64,000 nucleotides of DNA from Burkholderiales bacterium (GCA_035574195.1 DATLZE010000109.1:19238-83237); one strand, 5' to 3'. Counted from the first letter of the stretch, positions 45,461 through 59,015 are shown. The notes: generated by a model not told the origin, from the letters alone. Numbers and translations: made by a program.

Positions 45461-45536
45461 CGCAAGGGCGCAAGGCCGCCAAGAATTCGGAGACACGGCC
45501 CCGTGCTTTCCATGCTTTGCGCCTGCGCGCCTTTGC
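45461..45536. repeat. REP-like imperfect palindrome (GCGCCTTTGC family), argF-argG spacer
   Basis: GGCGCAAGGC (45467-45476) versus GCTTTGCGCC (45514-45523) is 9/10 complementary. Shares GCGCCTTTGC (45527-45536) with the element at 46788-46858. Confidence 0.5.
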
Positions 45537-45557
45537 ACCCGATATCGAGCTGAAAAC

Positions 45558-46778
<1,221 letters not shown>

Positions 46779-46787
46779 AGGCAACGC

Positions 46788-46858
46788 CGCCAAGCCGCAA
46801 AGAGCGACTGGATGGGTCAAAAATATCGTGGCTCTCTTCGCGCCTTTGCGACTTGGCG
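46788..46858. repeat. REP-like palindrome (GCGCCTTTGC family), argG-downstream spacer
   Basis: CGCCAAGCCGCAAAG (46788-46802) versus CTTTGCGACTTGGCG (46844-46858), 14/15 complementary with a 41-nt loop. Confidence 0.55.
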
Positions 46859-46880
46859 TCGTGGATTCGAGAGCGTGTGA

Positions 46881-47462
46881 ATGACAACCATCGCAGTCGT
46901 CAGGAAGGGCGGCTACGCGGCGATCGCCGCCGACACCCTGACCAAATGGGGCAGCGGGAAGGAGTCGGCCGCCTATGTCGCCAACAACGTCAAGATCGTG
47001 AAGGTCGGCGAGGCCTACCTCGCCGGTACCGGGTCGGCCACCTTCAAGCTGATCCTGCGCGACTATTTCGCGCAGCCCGGCGTGCCCGCGCGCTTCGACG
47101 GGACGCTCCAGATTTTCAAGACCTGGCAGGCGTTCCACGCCGCGCTCAAGGAACGCTATTTTCTCGCCACCGTCACCGACAAGGACGACGAGCTCGAGTC
47201 GAGCAAGTTCGACGTGCTGATCGCGAGCCCACACGGCATCTTCGGCGTCGGCGCGCACCGCACGGTGCAGGAATACCGCAAGTTCTACGCGATCGGCAGC
47301 GGCACCGATCTTGCGCTCGGCGCGATGTACGCGGCCTACGGCGATCCGCGGCTCTCGGCAGTGGAGGTGGCGCGGCTCGCGATCCGGGCGGCTGCGGAGT
47401 TCGACGATGCGACGGGACTTCCCGTGATCTCGCGCTCGGTCAGGCTGAAAACGCGAAAATGA
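46881..47462 (+). CDS. proteasome-type Ntn hydrolase, HslV/BPH-like (no adjacent ATPase)
   Basis: 193 aa. MTTIAVVRKGGYAAIAADT N-terminus (Thr directly after Met, as in HslV TTIVSVRR), a Lys in ANNVKIVKV, and an AIGSG block. The middle region diverges from HslV. Confidence 0.65.
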   Translation: MTTIAVVRKGGYAAIAADTLTKWGSGKESAAYVANNVKIVKVGEAYLAGTGSATFKLILRDYFAQPGVPARFDGTLQIFKTWQAFHAALKERYFLATVTDKDDELESSKFDVLIASPHGIFGVGAHRTVQEYRKFYAIGSGTDLALGAMYAAYGDPRLSAVEVARLAIRAAAEFDDATGLPVISRSVRLKTRK

Positions 47463-47624
47463 CCGGGCGGCAGGAGCGCCGGCGCGCGACGCAGGCGCGC
47501 GGCCGCGGTCGCTCGCGCGCCAGCCGGCCACGCTGGAGCGCTGGACGCACGGCGAGGCCTCCCGCCCGGCCGCAGCCGCGCGTTGCGGTTACAATGGCGG
47601 CGGCATCATGCAGCGGAGGGATTC

Positions 47625-48116
47625 GTGCCGTCGTTCGACATCTTGTCCGAAGTCAATCACGTCGAGATCCGCAACGCGGTCGAGCAGTGCAACAAGGAAA
47701 TCGCGAACCGTTTCGATTTCAAGGGGTCGGACGCGCGGGTGGAGATCGACGAGAAGGAGAAAACGCTCACCGCCTATGCCGACGACGAGTTCAAGCTCAG
47801 GCAGCTGCGCGAGGTGCTGACCGTCAGGCTCGCGAAGCGCGGGGTGGACGTGCGCGCGCTCGAGCCCGGCAGGATCGAGCCGGCGAGCGGCAACAAAGTC
47901 AAGCAACAGATCAAGGTCCGCGAGGGCATCGAGCAGGAGCGCGCGAAGGCGATCGTCAAGCTCGTCAAGGACTCCAAGCTCAAGGTCCAGGTGAGCGTCC
48001 AGGGCGAAGCTCTGCGCGTGACCGGCGCGAAGAAGGACACCCTGCAGGAGGCGATCGCGCTGGTGCGCAAATCGGTCAGCGACTTTCCGCTGCAGTTCAA
48101 GAATTTCCGCGACTAG
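47625..48116 (+). CDS. yajQ: YajQ-family nucleotide / cyclic-di-GMP-binding protein
   Basis: ORF 47583..48116 (TTG) trimmed to GTG 47625 with GGAGGG upstream: (V)[33 protein letters not shown]..., 163 aa. Confidence 0.88.
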   Translation: MPSFDILSEVNHVEIRNAVEQCNKEIANRFDFKGSDARVEIDEKEKTLTAYADDEFKLRQLREVLTVRLAKRGVDVRALEPGRIEPASGNKVKQQIKVREGIEQERAKAIVKLVKDSKLKVQVSVQGEALRVTGAKKDTLQEAIALVRKSVSDFPLQFKNFRD

Positions 48117-49047
48117 GCCGGTTCCCGACCGCGGTCAGGGGGCGCACGCCGTCCAGCGTGCGGAAACACTCTTCCTTCGCGGTCTCGACGAAGTCGGCGA
48201 GGTAGGGACGGGCGGCGGACTGCGCCGTGCACGTCGCATAAAGCTCGCTCCACAGGCCTTTCTTGCCGAGGCGGCGCGCGATCACGTACTCGTAGTCCAC
48301 GTAGTTCTTCACGCCCCAGTTCGGTAGCGCGGCGATCCCGCGGCGGCTCGCCACGAGCTGCAGGATCGCCACCGTCAATTCCGCGGTGCGCATCGCCGCG
48401 GGGCGCACGCGCGCGGGCCTCAGAAAGCGGCGAACGACGTCAATGCGCTGCTCGGGCACCGGGTAAGTGATCAGCGTCTCGCTCCGGAAGTCCTCCGGCC
48501 TCAAGTAGCGCCGCGCGGCGAGCGGGTGCGAGACCGGCAGGATGCCCAGAATCTCGAAGCGAAACAGCGGCCAGTGGACCAAGCCTCGGTGTGCCCGGCG
48601 CTCGGAGCCGATCACGAGGTCGGCGCGCTCCTCGAGCAACAAGGCGGCCGGTTCCGGGTGAAATCCCGATACGAGGTCGAGCTCCACCTGGGGCCAGTGC
48701 CGCCGGAAGCGATCCATCACCGGCATGAGCCAGTCGAAGCAGGTATGGCACTCGAGCGCGATGCGCAGGCTGCCGCCCTCGCCCCGGCTGAGCTTGGCCA
48801 CGTCGCGCTCGGCGCTGCGGATTTCGTCCGCCACCGCGCGCGCGGCCGCGGCGAGCCGCTCGCCCGCCGCGGTGAGCACCACACCCCGCCCCCTGCGGCG
48901 CACGACGGGGGCGCCGAAATGGCGTTCGATCGCGCGCAGCTGGTGCGAGAGCGCGGACTGGGTGAGATGCACGCGCCGCGCCGCCGCCGAAACCGACCCG
49001 GTCTCGGCGAGCGCGATCAGCGAGCGCAGGTGGCGGAGGTCTACCAC
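48097..49047 (-). CDS. metR: LysR-family regulator, MetR-like
   Basis: 316 aa, GTG start. [38 protein letters not shown]. Divergent from metE. The 3' end overlaps the yajQ 3' end by 20 nt. Confidence 0.8.
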   Translation of the reverse strand: MVDLRHLRSLIALAETGSVSAAARRVHLTQSALSHQLRAIERHFGAPVVRRRGRGVVLTAAGERLAAAARAVADEIRSAERDVAKLSRGEGGSLRIALECHTCFDWLMPVMDRFRRHWPQVELDLVSGFHPEPAALLLEERADLVIGSERRAHRGLVHWPLFRFEILGILPVSHPLAARRYLRPEDFRSETLITYPVPEQRIDVVRRFLRPARVRPAAMRTAELTVAILQLVASRRGIAALPNWGVKNYVDYEYVIARRLGKKGLWSELYATCTAQSAARPYLADFVETAKEECFRTLDGVRPLTAVGNRPSRGNS

Positions 49048-49132
49048 GTTCGGTCTATCTATGAATAATGTGCATATTTTGCGTCAAAACATGTCATTTG
49101 ATTCATGATCGAGAACGCGCCATCATGCTCCC
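49048..49132. promoter_or_regulatory. metR / metE divergent control region with MetR-box-like sites
   Basis: AT-rich 85 bp. TGAATAATGTGCA (49062-49074) resembles TGAA-N5-TTCA. A second TGAATCAAATGA-type site lies on the opposite strand near 49092-49107. Confidence 0.35.
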
Positions 49133-51403
49133 GTGACCAAGGCCCACGTCCTCGGATTCCCGCGCATCGGCGCGCGGCGGGAGCTCAAGTTCGCGCTGGA
49201 ACAATTCTGGCGGGGCGCGCTCGACGAGGCCGCGCTCGCCGCGCTCGGGCGCGAGCTGCGTCGGCGGCACTGGAATCTTCAGCGCACCGCCGACCTCGAC
49301 TATGCGACGGTGGGCGATTTCGCATGGTACGACCACGTGCTCTGGGCGCTGGCCTGCCTCGGACTGATCCCCCGGCGTTTCGGCTTCGCGCCCGACAGGC
49401 TCACGCTCGCGCAGTATTTCTCGCTCGCGCGCGGCGACGGCGGCGTGCCTGCGATGGAACTCACCAAATGGTTCGACACCAACTATCACTATCTCGTCCC
49501 GGAATGGGACGACGCGATCCGCGCGGCCCCGGGCGTCGAGTGGCTGTTCGAGGAAGTGCGCGAGGCGCAGGCCGACGGCCACGCGGTGAAAGCCGCGATC
49601 GTGGGCCCGCTCACCCTGCTCCACCTCGGAAAATACCGCTCGGGCTCGGACCGCAGGCTCGATTTGCTCCCCGAGATCGTCGCAGCCTATGCGCGGCTGC
49701 TCGCCCGTCTCAAGGCGCTCGGCGTGGCCTGGGTCCAGATGGACGAGCCCGCGTTGTGCACGGATCTTGCGCGGGCGTGGTTGGACGCGCTTCCATCGGT
49801 CTACGATGCGCTCGCGCCGACGGCGCCGCCGATCCTGCTCGCCACCTATTTCGGGCCGGTGGCGGAGCATGCCCCGCTGCTCAAGTCGCTGCCGGTCGCA
49901 GGCCTTCATCTCGATCTCGTCCGGGGCCGCGGCCAGCTCGATGCGTTCCTCCCGGACTACCCGCAGTCCAAGGTGCTGTCGCTGGGAATGATCGACGGCC
50001 GAAATGTCTGGCGCGCGGATCTTGCCGCTGCGCTCGACGTGCTGGAACGTGCCCGCGATCGCCTGGGCGCGCGGCTGTGGGTCGGCTCGAGCTGCTCGCT
50101 GCTGCACGTGCCGATGGACAGCGCGCAGGAGCCCTCCCTCGAGGGTGGGCTCGCGGATTGTCTCGCGTTCGCAGTGCAGAAGCTCGACGAGATCGCGGCA
50201 CTCAAGCGCGGGCTGCTCCAGGGCCGCGGCGCCATCGCGCAGGCGCTTGCCGCATCGCGCAAGGCACAAGAAACCTTGCGCTCTCTGGCGCGTAGAGGCT
50301 CCGCGCAGGCGCGACAGCGGCTCGCCGCCGTCACGGACGCTGACTGCTCGCGCGGCTCCCCGTTCGGCGTCCGGATCGGGCGCCAGCGCGAACGGCTGCG
50401 CCTGCCGCCGCTGCCCACCACCACGATCGGCTCGTTTCCGCAGACCGCGGAGATACGCCGCAGCCGCGCCGCCTGGCGGCGGGGAGCGCTCGACGATGCG
50501 CGATACGCCGCCACGATGCGCGGCGAAATCGCGCTCGCCGTGAAGCGCCAGCTCGAGCTGGGGCTCGACGTGCTGGTCCACGGCGAGCCCGAGCGCAACG
50601 ACATGGTCGAGTACTTCGCCGAGCAGCTCGAGGGCTTCGCGGTGACCGAGAACGGCTGGGTCCAGAGCTACGGGTCGCGCTGCGTCAAGCCGCCCATCAT
50701 CTATGGTGACATTCGCCGCCGCAAAGCGATGACGGTGCAGTGGATCGGCTACGCCCAGGAGCTCTCCCCCAAGCCGGTGAAAGGCATGCTGACCGGACCG
50801 CTGACCATGCTCCAGTGGTCGTTCGTGCGGGAGGACGCGCCGCGGGAGGCGATCGCTTTCGAGATCGCGCTCGCGTTGCGCGAGGAGGTGCTCGATCTCG
50901 AGCGCGCCGGCATTGCGGTCATCCAGATTGACGAGCCCGCATTCCGCGAGGGGCTTCCGCTCAGGAAATCCGGATGGCCGCACTACTTCGAGTGGGCAGT
51001 GCGCGCGTTCCGGCTGGCGGCGTCGGGCGTGGCGGACGAGACGCAGATCCACACCCATATGTGCTATTCGGAGTTCAACGACATCCTGCCGGCGATCGCC
51101 GCGCTCGACGCCGACGTGATCACGATCGAGGCCTCGCGCTCCGGCATGGAGCTGCTCGAGGCCTTCGCCGCCTTTCGCTACGCGAACGACATCGGCCCGG
51201 GCATCTACGACGTCCACTCCCCGCGAGTGCCCGGCGTGGAGGAGATGGTACGCCTGCTCGAGCGGGCCGCGCGGGTGGTGCCGGTCGAGCGGCTGTGGGT
51301 GAATCCCGACTGCGGGCTCAAGACGCGCGACTGGTCAGAAGTCGAGGCTGCGCTCGCCAACATGGTGAGCGCGGCCCGCTCGATGCGGTCCCGCACAGGC
51401 TAA
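49133..51403 (+). CDS. metE: cobalamin-independent methionine synthase
   Basis: 756 aa, GTG start ([23 protein letters not shown]). C-terminal Zn-site blocks HMCYSEF and NPDCGLKTR. Confidence 0.95.
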   Translation: MTKAHVLGFPRIGARRELKFALEQFWRGALDEAALAALGRELRRRHWNLQRTADLDYATVGDFAWYDHVLWALACLGLIPRRFGFAPDRLTLAQYFSLARGDGGVPAMELTKWFDTNYHYLVPEWDDAIRAAPGVEWLFEEVREAQADGHAVKAAIVGPLTLLHLGKYRSGSDRRLDLLPEIVAAYARLLARLKALGVAWVQMDEPALCTDLARAWLDALPSVYDALAPTAPPILLATYFGPVAEHAPLLKSLPVAGLHLDLVRGRGQLDAFLPDYPQSKVLSLGMIDGRNVWRADLAAALDVLERARDRLGARLWVGSSCSLLHVPMDSAQEPSLEGGLADCLAFAVQKLDEIAALKRGLLQGRGAIAQALAASRKAQETLRSLARRGSAQARQRLAAVTDADCSRGSPFGVRIGRQRERLRLPPLPTTTIGSFPQTAEIRRSRAAWRRGALDDARYAATMRGEIALAVKRQLELGLDVLVHGEPERNDMVEYFAEQLEGFAVTENGWVQSYGSRCVKPPIIYGDIRRRKAMTVQWIGYAQELSPKPVKGMLTGPLTMLQWSFVREDAPREAIAFEIALALREEVLDLERAGIAVIQIDEPAFREGLPLRKSGWPHYFEWAVRAFRLAASGVADETQIHTHMCYSEFNDILPAIAALDADVITIEASRSGMELLEAFAAFRYANDIGPGIYDVHSPRVPGVEEMVRLLERAARVVPVERLWVNPDCGLKTRDWSEVEAALANMVSAARSMRSRTG

Positions 51404-52116
51404 CGGCGGAGGAGCCCCCCGATCCAGCGCTCGTAGATACGGTCGGCGACACGGTGCAGCGCGGAGAGCCGTGCCTGCAGATCGCGCATGATTTCCTCCA
51501 CCGGCTGCACCGCCGGGCTTTTGCCGAGATTGCGCGCGATCTCGCGCGCGCCGGAGGCGCACCACGCCTCGACGAGTTCGGGAGTCATCTCGACGTGGCA
51601 CTGCATGCCGAGGTGAGGTCCGAGCGCGAACGCCTGGTTCCCGCAGTAGGGCCCGGCGAGAACGCGCGCGGCTCCGGGCGGAATCGAGAACGTCTCGCCG
51701 TGCCAGTGGAACGCCTCGAAGCCGTCGAGTCCGGCCCCGAACCATCGTGCAGCGGCCTCCCCGGGCACCACCTCCACCCTTCCCCATCCGATCTCCTTCA
51801 CCGGGTTGCGCGTGACCTGGCCGCCGAGCGCCTTGGCCATCAGCTGCCCGCCGAGACAGTGGCCGAGCAGGGGCACGCCGCGCTCTGCTGCGGCACGGAT
51901 CAGCGCGAGCGCAGGGGCGATCCAGGGCAGGTCGTCGTTCACGCTCATGGGACCGCCCATGAAGACGAGGCCGCTGAATTGAGGCGGGTTTTCCGGAACG
52001 GCATCGCCCTCGTCAATCCTGAAAAGCCGCCACGGGATGCCGCGACGCTCGAGGCATGTGGCAAAATAGCCCGGGCCTTCAGTCGCCGCGTGGCGGAATA
52101 TGGCGACCGGCTTCAC
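51400..52116 (-). CDS. class I glutamine amidotransferase-like protein
   Basis: C-terminal part of ORF 51400..52527 from GTG 52116 ([18 protein letters not shown]...). GHCLGGQ nucleophile and HWH/HVE blocks. 238 aa. Confidence 0.75.
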   Translation of the reverse strand: MKPVAIFRHAATEGPGYFATCLERRGIPWRLFRIDEGDAVPENPPQFSGLVFMGGPMSVNDDLPWIAPALALIRAAAERGVPLLGHCLGGQLMAKALGGQVTRNPVKEIGWGRVEVVPGEAAARWFGAGLDGFEAFHWHGETFSIPPGAARVLAGPYCGNQAFALGPHLGMQCHVEMTPELVEAWCASGAREIARNLGKSPAVQPVEEIMRDLQARLSALHRVADRIYERWIGGLLRR

Positions 52117-52147
52117 CGTTTCTCTTCGTGCTGGCAGGGAGGCGGAG

Positions 52148-52798
52148 ATGCGCAATCTTAGTCCGATCGCGGCGGGTTTCCTACTGACGATCCTCGCGCC
52201 CGCGCAGGCGGCCGACATCGTCGTGGTGGGCCTGTTTCCGAACAAGGCGGTCGTCTCCATCAACGGAGGCAAGCCCCGCACCCTGTCCGTGGGCGAGACC
52301 TCGCCCGAGGGGGTGAAGCTCGTCGCCGCCACCAGCGAAGCGGCGACCTTCGAGGTCGGCGGCAAGCGCCGCACGCTCGCCGCGGGCGAGGGCGCGGCGA
52401 TCGCCGCGGCGTCGGCCAGGGGAGGCGGCGGCACCGCGACGCTCACCGCCGACTCGCGCGGCCACTTCATCACCACCGGCGTCGTGAACGGCGTGAGCCT
52501 GCGCTTCATGGTGGACACCGGAGCCACCTCCGTGGTGCTCTCGAGCGCCGATGCGCGGCGCGTCGGCGTGAATTATCTCGGGGGGGCGCGCTCCTTCACC
52601 CAGACCGCGAACGGTGTCGTCCCGGTCTACAGCGTCAAGCTGGACACCGTGCGGGTGGGCGACATCACGCTGCACGACGTGGATGCGGTGGTGATCGAGG
52701 GCGAGCGGCTGCCGATCGCGCTCCTCGGGATGAGCTTTCTCAACCGCACCGAGATGAAGCGCGACGGGGTGACGATGACGCTCACGCGCCGTTACTGA
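52148..52798 (+). CDS. retropepsin-like clan AA aspartic protease (TIGR02281-like), membrane/periplasmic
   Basis: ORF 52100..52798 trimmed to ATG 52148 (GGGAGG Shine-Dalgarno). Signal/TM MRNLSPIAAGFLLTILAPAQA. FMVDTGAT active-site motif and GMSFL. Confidence 0.75.
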   Translation: MRNLSPIAAGFLLTILAPAQAADIVVVGLFPNKAVVSINGGKPRTLSVGETSPEGVKLVAATSEAATFEVGGKRRTLAAGEGAAIAAASARGGGGTATLTADSRGHFITTGVVNGVSLRFMVDTGATSVVLSSADARRVGVNYLGGARSFTQTANGVVPVYSVKLDTVRVGDITLHDVDAVVIEGERLPIALLGMSFLNRTEMKRDGVTMTLTRRY

Positions 52799-52921
52799 AC
52801 AGGTTTCGGAACCGCGAGGAGGGACGATAAACGGGATCGAGACTGCTCGTGCCCTCGGGCGCCCGAAGGCCGAATCCCGAATATATTCGCGGGCGCTTTC
52901 AGACAACCGCTGGCCGACAGG

Positions 52922-53206
52922 TCAGCGGTTCTTGTCGGAATGGCCCAGGTCCTTTCCGGGCGCCACGCGATCGCGCACCAGCTGCTTCAGCTCCGCCAGC
53001 TCGGGAAAGCGCCCGCGCTCCTTGCGCGACCAGAGCGTGGCACCGTCCAGCCGCACCTCGAACACGCCGCCCGCTCCCGGAACCAGGGTCACCGCGCCCA
53101 GCTCCGCCTCGAAGGTGGCGAGCAGCTCCTGCGCCATCCATCCCGCCCGCAGCAGCCACCGGCACTGGGTGCAGTACTCGATCTCGATGCGCGGCTTACC
53201 GCTCAT
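52922..53206 (-). CDS. SelW/SelT/Rdx-family thioredoxin-like protein (Cys form)
   Basis: 94 aa. IEIEYCTQCRWLLRAGWMAQELL with the CxxC at the position that is CxxU in selenoprotein W homologs. Confidence 0.8.
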   Translation of the reverse strand: MSGKPRIEIEYCTQCRWLLRAGWMAQELLATFEAELGAVTLVPGAGGVFEVRLDGATLWSRKERGRFPELAELKQLVRDRVAPGKDLGHSDKNR

Positions 53207-53259
53207 GCGCGAAGCGCCCGAATGGGACTAGAATTCTACACGCCTCTTTCCTGCAATGA

Positions 53260-53889
53260 GTGGCTGCCATGACATCCCGTGACGACCTTCGCGAGCGGAT
53301 CGTGGACGCCGCGCTCGAGCTCGGAGAGCGGACCTCGTGGGAAGCGGTGCGGCTGCACGACGTGGCGGACACGCTCGGCATCACCCTGGATGACGTGCGC
53401 CACTGCTTCCGCGAAAAAGAAGACCTGGTGGACGCCTGGTTCGACCGGGCGGACGCCGCGATGCTCCGGATGGCTGAAGCGCCCGGATTCGCGCAGCTCG
53501 CGCCGCGCGAGCGCCTGCAGCGGCTGATGATGACCTGGCTCGAAACGCTCGCGCCGCACCGCAAGGTGACGCGCCAGATGATCCTCGGCAAGCTCGAGCC
53601 CGGGCACATTCACATCCTCTTTCCCGGCATCCTGCGCGTCTCCCGCACCGTGCAATGGATGCGGGAGGCCGCTCACCGCGACGCCACCTACTTGCGACGG
53701 GCGCTCGAGGAGACCGGGCTCACTACGATCTACCTGATGACCTTCTTCTACTGGATGAACGACGACACGCCTGGCGCCTCGGCCACGAGCCGCTTTCTCG
53801 AGGGCTGGCTCGCGGCCGCCGAGCGGCTCGATCGCGCGGTCTACGGCGCGCCGCGCGGCGAGCAAACGGCGGCAAGAGGCCGGGCCTGA
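53260..53889 (+). CDS. TetR/AcrR-family transcriptional regulator
   Basis: 209 aa (GTG 53260, or ATG 53269). N-terminal HTH RERIVDAALELGERTSWEAVRLHDVADTLGITLDDVRHCF. Confidence 0.75.
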   Translation: MAAMTSRDDLRERIVDAALELGERTSWEAVRLHDVADTLGITLDDVRHCFREKEDLVDAWFDRADAAMLRMAEAPGFAQLAPRERLQRLMMTWLETLAPHRKVTRQMILGKLEPGHIHILFPGILRVSRTVQWMREAAHRDATYLRRALEETGLTTIYLMTFFYWMNDDTPGASATSRFLEGWLAAAERLDRAVYGAPRGEQTAARGRA

Positions 53890-53898
53890 GCCGCTGCC

Positions 53899-54004
53899 CC
53901 AGGTTCGATTTCCAGGCTCGATGCGCGGAACCTCGTAACGCCGTCCTCGGACCTCGAGCTCTGAACCCGGAGCTTTGAACGCCGAGCCTCGAACCCGGAA
54001 ATTT
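53899..54004. repeat. heptamer-built imperfect palindrome (GAACCTN family), copy 2
   Basis: GTTCGATTTCCAGGCTCGATG (53903-) matches GTTCGAGATCCAGGGCTCGAGG (42139-) at about 18/23. It is followed by eleven phased heptamers GAACCTC GTAACGC CGTCCTC GGACCTC GAGCTCT GAACCCG GAGCTTT GAACGCC GAGCCTC GAACCCG GAAATTT (53928-54004) that run into TTG start 54003. Confidence 0.7.
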
Positions 54005-55048
54005 GGACACGATCACCCACGCCCTGAGCGGAGCGCTCGCCGCGCGGGCGGCCGCCCCGGCGCGCGCGGCGCAGGAGGCGCTGAGCCCCCGTGCCCGGAT
54101 CGCGGCGGGATTCGCCGCGGCCGCCTTCCCCGACGCCGATTTCGCGCTGCGCCTCGCCGACACCCTCACCTATCTCAACTGGCATCAAGGGCCCACGCAT
54201 TCCCTCGTGCTGCTGCCGCTCTGGGCCTGGCTGCTCGCGCATCTCTTCGCCCGGATCGGGCGCCGCCGCCACGCCTGGCGCGCCTTCTATCCCCCGGCCC
54301 TGCTCGGGATCGCGGCCCACATCGCGGGCGACCTGCTCACCGCTTACGGCACGATGCTCTTCGCGCCGCTCTCGGAGCGGCGCTACTCGCTGCCGATCGC
54401 GTTCGCGCTGGACCCCTACTTCACCGCCATCCTCGCGGCCGGCTTCGCACTCGCGCTCGCCCGCCCGCAGAGCCGCGCGCCCGCGCTCGTCGCGCTCGCG
54501 GTTCTGGGAAGCTACCTCGGGTTGCAGGCAGCGCTTCATCAGCGCGCGCTGCGGGTCGCAGCCGAATACGCCGCGACCCTCGGCCCGGACCGCGCCGAGA
54601 CATACGCGCTCGCCCAGCCGCTCACGCCCTTCAACTGGAAGCTCATCGTCGCGCGCGGCGAGGATTATCACGAGGCGCACGTCAATTTGTGGCGCACCCG
54701 CTCCCTCCCCGCCCCCGGGCCCGGGGACGGGATGCTGCGCCGGATCGCAGCGGGTTACCAGCCGGTGACGGCGGCGCACTGGAGGCGCCACCGCCGCTTC
54801 GGAGACGAGCCTTCCGCGGCCGCCCTCGCGCGCGCGGCGTGGAACGACGACGCTTTTGCGGATTTCCGCCGCTTCGCGGCGTTCCCGGTGCTCCACCGCG
54901 TGGAGACCGCGGAAGGGCGCGTGTGCGTGCGGTTCGTGGACCTGCGTTTCACGCTGCCGGGGCTCGCGCCCTCGTTCCAGTTCGGGCTGTGCCGCGGCGC
55001 GGCCGAGGGCTGGCGCCTGGAGCGCGTGCGCGGCTCGTTCTGGATAGA

Positions 55049-55052
<4 letters not shown>
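54003..55052 (+). CDS. membrane-bound metal-dependent hydrolase (YdjM/DUF457-like)
   Basis: 349 aa. TTG is the only in-frame start after an upstream stop. MDTITHALSGALAA N-terminus, HQGPTHS and IAGDLLT blocks, several TM segments. Confidence 0.7.
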
Positions 55053-56305
<1,253 letters not shown>

Positions 56306-56347
56306 CGAACACCCGGTCACACCCGCTCGCTCACCGGCGGCTGCCGA

Positions 56348-56998
56348 TCACCCGACGGGGTTGCCGCGGCCGATGAGCCGCATGAACTCGGCGCGGGTCT
56401 TCTCGGTGTTGAACTCCCCGGTGAAGGCGGAGGTGGTGGCGACCGAATGCTGTTTCTGGATGCCGCGCATGACCATACACAGGTGCTGCGCCTCGATCAC
56501 CACCGCCACTCCCACGGGCTTCAGCGTCGCCTCGAGGCAGTCGCGGATCTCGACCGTCAGGCGCTCCTGCACCTGGAGCCGCCGCGCGAACGCGTCCACC
56601 ACGCGCGGAATCTTGGACAGACCCACGATGTAGCCGTCGGGGATGTAGGCCACGTGGCACTTGCCGAAAAAAGGCAGCAGGTGGTGCTCGCACAGCGAAT
56701 AGAGCTCGATGTCCTTCACGATCACCATCTGCTGGTAATCCTGGCGGAACATCGCCGAGCGCAGGATCCCGGCCGGATCGAGGTCGTAGCCGTGGGTGAG
56801 GAACTGCAGCGCCTTCGCCACGCGCTCCGGGGTTTTCTTGAGCCCCTCGCGGTCGGGATCCTCGCCGAGCTCCTTGAGGATGGCGCGGTACTTCTCCGCG
56901 ATGCGCCGCACCGCCGCGGGGTTGTACTCGTCCACGCGCGCGTAGCCGGCGTAGCCGTTCATCTCGTTTTCTTCGAGCATTTTCCTGTCGAGCGCCAT
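56348..56998 (-). CDS. folE: GTP cyclohydrolase I
   Basis: 216 aa. [29 protein letters not shown] and HLCMVMRG blocks. Confidence 0.93.
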   Translation of the reverse strand: MALDRKMLEENEMNGYAGYARVDEYNPAAVRRIAEKYRAILKELGEDPDREGLKKTPERVAKALQFLTHGYDLDPAGILRSAMFRQDYQQMVIVKDIELYSLCEHHLLPFFGKCHVAYIPDGYIVGLSKIPRVVDAFARRLQVQERLTVEIRDCLEATLKPVGVAVVIEAQHLCMVMRGIQKQHSVATTSAFTGEFNTEKTRAEFMRLIGRGNPVG

Positions 56999-57080
56999 CG
57001 AAACGCCAGCCTCGTCGCGACTTCAATCGCCCGGGCTTCCCTCATCTTGCCCGCAGCAGCGGATAAAAGGATTGTATCAA

Positions 57081-59015
57081 CTAGGGATTGCCTCGGCCCG
57101 GATCCGACGCAATCCTTTCCCGAATGGCCTTCGCAATTCCTTCCTTGTTGAGACCGACGGAGGCGAGCTGAATTCCCGGATCGCCCTGGTCAATGAAGCG
57201 GTCGGGCAGCCCCAGCTGCAGCACGGGCACGGTGCGCCCCGCCTTCTGCAGCGCCTCCAGCACCGCGCTGCCCGCGCCCCCCATGACGACATTCTCCTCC
57301 ACCGTCACCAGCAGGTCGTGGTCCGCGGCAAGCTCCATCACCAGCTCCTCGTCGAGCGGCTTCACGAAGCGCATGTTGGCGACCGTCGCGTCGAGCTCCT
57401 CGGCCGCCTCCAGCGCGGGCTTGAGCATGGAGCCGAAGGCGAGGATCGCGACGCGCCGCGCAGCGCCGGCACCGGCCCTGCGGCGGCGGATCTCGCCGCG
57501 CCCCACGGGCAGCGCCGTCATCTCCTTCCTCACCTCCACTCCCGGCCCGGTGCCGCGGGGATAGCGCACCGCCGCGGGCGTATTCATCAGGAAACCGGTG
57601 TAGAGCATCTGCCGGCACTCGTTCTCGTCGGCGGGTGTCATCACCGTCATGTTCGGCAGACAGCGCAGGTACGTCAGATCGAAACTGCCGTTGTGGGTGG
57701 CCCCGTCGCCGCCGACCAGTCCGGCGCGGTCAATGGCGAAGAGAATCGGCAGGTTCTGGATCTGCACGTCGTGGATCAGCTGGTCGTAGGCGCGCTGGAG
57801 AAAGGTCGAGTAGATCGCCACCACCGGCTTGTAGCCCTCGCACGCGAGCCCGGCAGCGAAGGTGACCGCGTGCTGCTCGGCGATCCCGACGTCGAAGTAG
57901 CGGTCGGGATAGAGCTCGGCGAAGCGCACGAGACCCGATCCCTCGCGCATCGCCGGCGTGATGCCGATCAACCGCGGGTCGCGTTCCGCCATGTCACACA
58001 GCCAGTCGCCGAATACCTGGGTATAGGTGAGCTTGCCGCCGCCCTTGCCGCCGACGATGCCGTTTGCGGCGTCGAACTTGGCGACGCCGTGATAGAGCAC
58101 CGGATCGGCCTCGGCGAGCTTGTAGCCCGCGCCCTTGCGCGTCACGACGTGCAAGAACTGCGGCCCCTTCAACTGCTTCATGTTGCGCAGCGTGGGAATG
58201 AGCGCGTCGAGGTCGTGCCCGTCAATCGGCCCGATGTAGTTGAAGCCGAGCTCCTCGAACAGCGTCCCGGGCGTCACCATGCCCTTCATGTGCTCCTCGG
58301 CGCGGCGCGCGAGCTCCCCCAGCACCTTCTCGCCGGCACGCTTGGCGGCGGCGTAGAAGCGCCCCGACATGAGCTTGGCGAGATACTTGTTGAGCGCCCC
58401 GACCGGGGGCGAGATGGACATGTCGTTGTCGTTGAGGATTACCAGCAGGTCCACGTCTGCCGCCCCGGCGTTGTTGAGCGCCTCGAACGCCATGCCGGCG
58501 GTCATCGCGCCGTCCCCGATCACCGCCACGACGTGCCGCTTCACACCCGCGAGCTTGGAGGCGACCGCCATGCCGAGCGCGGCGCTGATCGAGGTGCTCG
58601 AGTGCGCGGTGCCGAAGGTGTCGTACTCGCTCTCTTCGCGGCGCGGGAAGCCCGAGAGCCCGCCCCACATGCGCAGCCGCTTCATGCCTTCGCGCCGCCC
58701 GGTGAGCACCTTGTGGCCATAGGTCTGGTGCCCGACGTCCCACACGATGCGGTCGTGCGGGGTATCGAAGACGTAGTGCAGCGCGATGGTGAGCTCGACC
58801 GTGCCCAGGTTGGAGGAAAGGTGCCCTCCGGTCTGGCTCACCGATTCGAGCAGGAATGCGCGTAACTCGCCGGCGAGCTGCCTGAGCTGCTTCATGTCGA
58901 GCCGCCGCAGCTCGTGCGGGTAGTTGACGCTTTTCAGGAGCTCGTACTTCGCCCCCCCGGCCGCCGCCGGCTGGGACCCGATCACGGAATTCAACACGTT
59001 CTCCGACATCCGCAT
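57081..59015 (-). CDS. dxs: 1-deoxy-D-xylulose-5-phosphate synthase
   Basis: ORF 57081..59153 trimmed to ATG 59015/59009 ([10 protein letters not shown]...). [16 protein letters not shown] and [16 protein letters not shown] thiamine-diphosphate motifs. Confidence 0.93.
   Translation of the reverse strand: MRMSENVLNSVIGSQPAAAGGAKYELLKSVNYPHELRRLDMKQLRQLAGELRAFLLESVSQTGGHLSSNLGTVELTIALHYVFDTPHDRIVWDVGHQTYGHKVLTGRREGMKRLRMWGGLSGFPRREESEYDTFGTAHSSTSISAALGMAVASKLAGVKRHVVAVIGDGAMTAGMAFEALNNAGAADVDLLVILNDNDMSISPPVGALNKYLAKLMSGRFYAAAKRAGEKVLGELARRAEEHMKGMVTPGTLFEELGFNYIGPIDGHDLDALIPTLRNMKQLKGPQFLHVVTRKGAGYKLAEADPVLYHGVAKFDAANGIVGGKGGGKLTYTQVFGDWLCDMAERDPRLIGITPAMREGSGLVRFAELYPDRYFDVGIAEQHAVTFAAGLACEGYKPVVAIYSTFLQRAYDQLIHDVQIQNLPILFAIDRAGLVGGDGATHNGSFDLTYLRCLPNMTVMTPADENECRQMLYTGFLMNTPAAVRYPRGTGPGVEVRKEMTALPVGRGEIRRRRAGAGAARRVAILAFGSMLKPALEAAEELDATVANMRFVKPLDEELVMELAADHDLLVTVEENVVMGGAGSAVLEALQKAGRTVPVLQLGLPDRFIDQGDPGIQLASVGLNKEGIAKAIRERIASDPGRGNP

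Noticed and set aside
49048-49132. Looked for riboswitches: cobalamin upstream of metE, FMN upstream of folE-ribBA (56999-57080), thiamine diphosphate or other upstream of dxs.
   Set aside because: The metE and folE leaders are only about 80-85 nt and AT-rich, too short for those aptamers, and I saw no conserved B12-box or FMN core sequences. The dxs spacer is structured but matches no class I recognise (reported separately as an open question).
52876-52893. Near-perfect palindrome CCCGAATATATTCGCGGG (core CGAATATATTCG, 52878-52889) between the convergent aspartic-protease and SelW-like genes.
   Set aside because: It is a single short palindrome with no second copy in the window. It is most simply a weak bidirectional terminator or chance symmetry, and there is nothing to tie it to a regulator.
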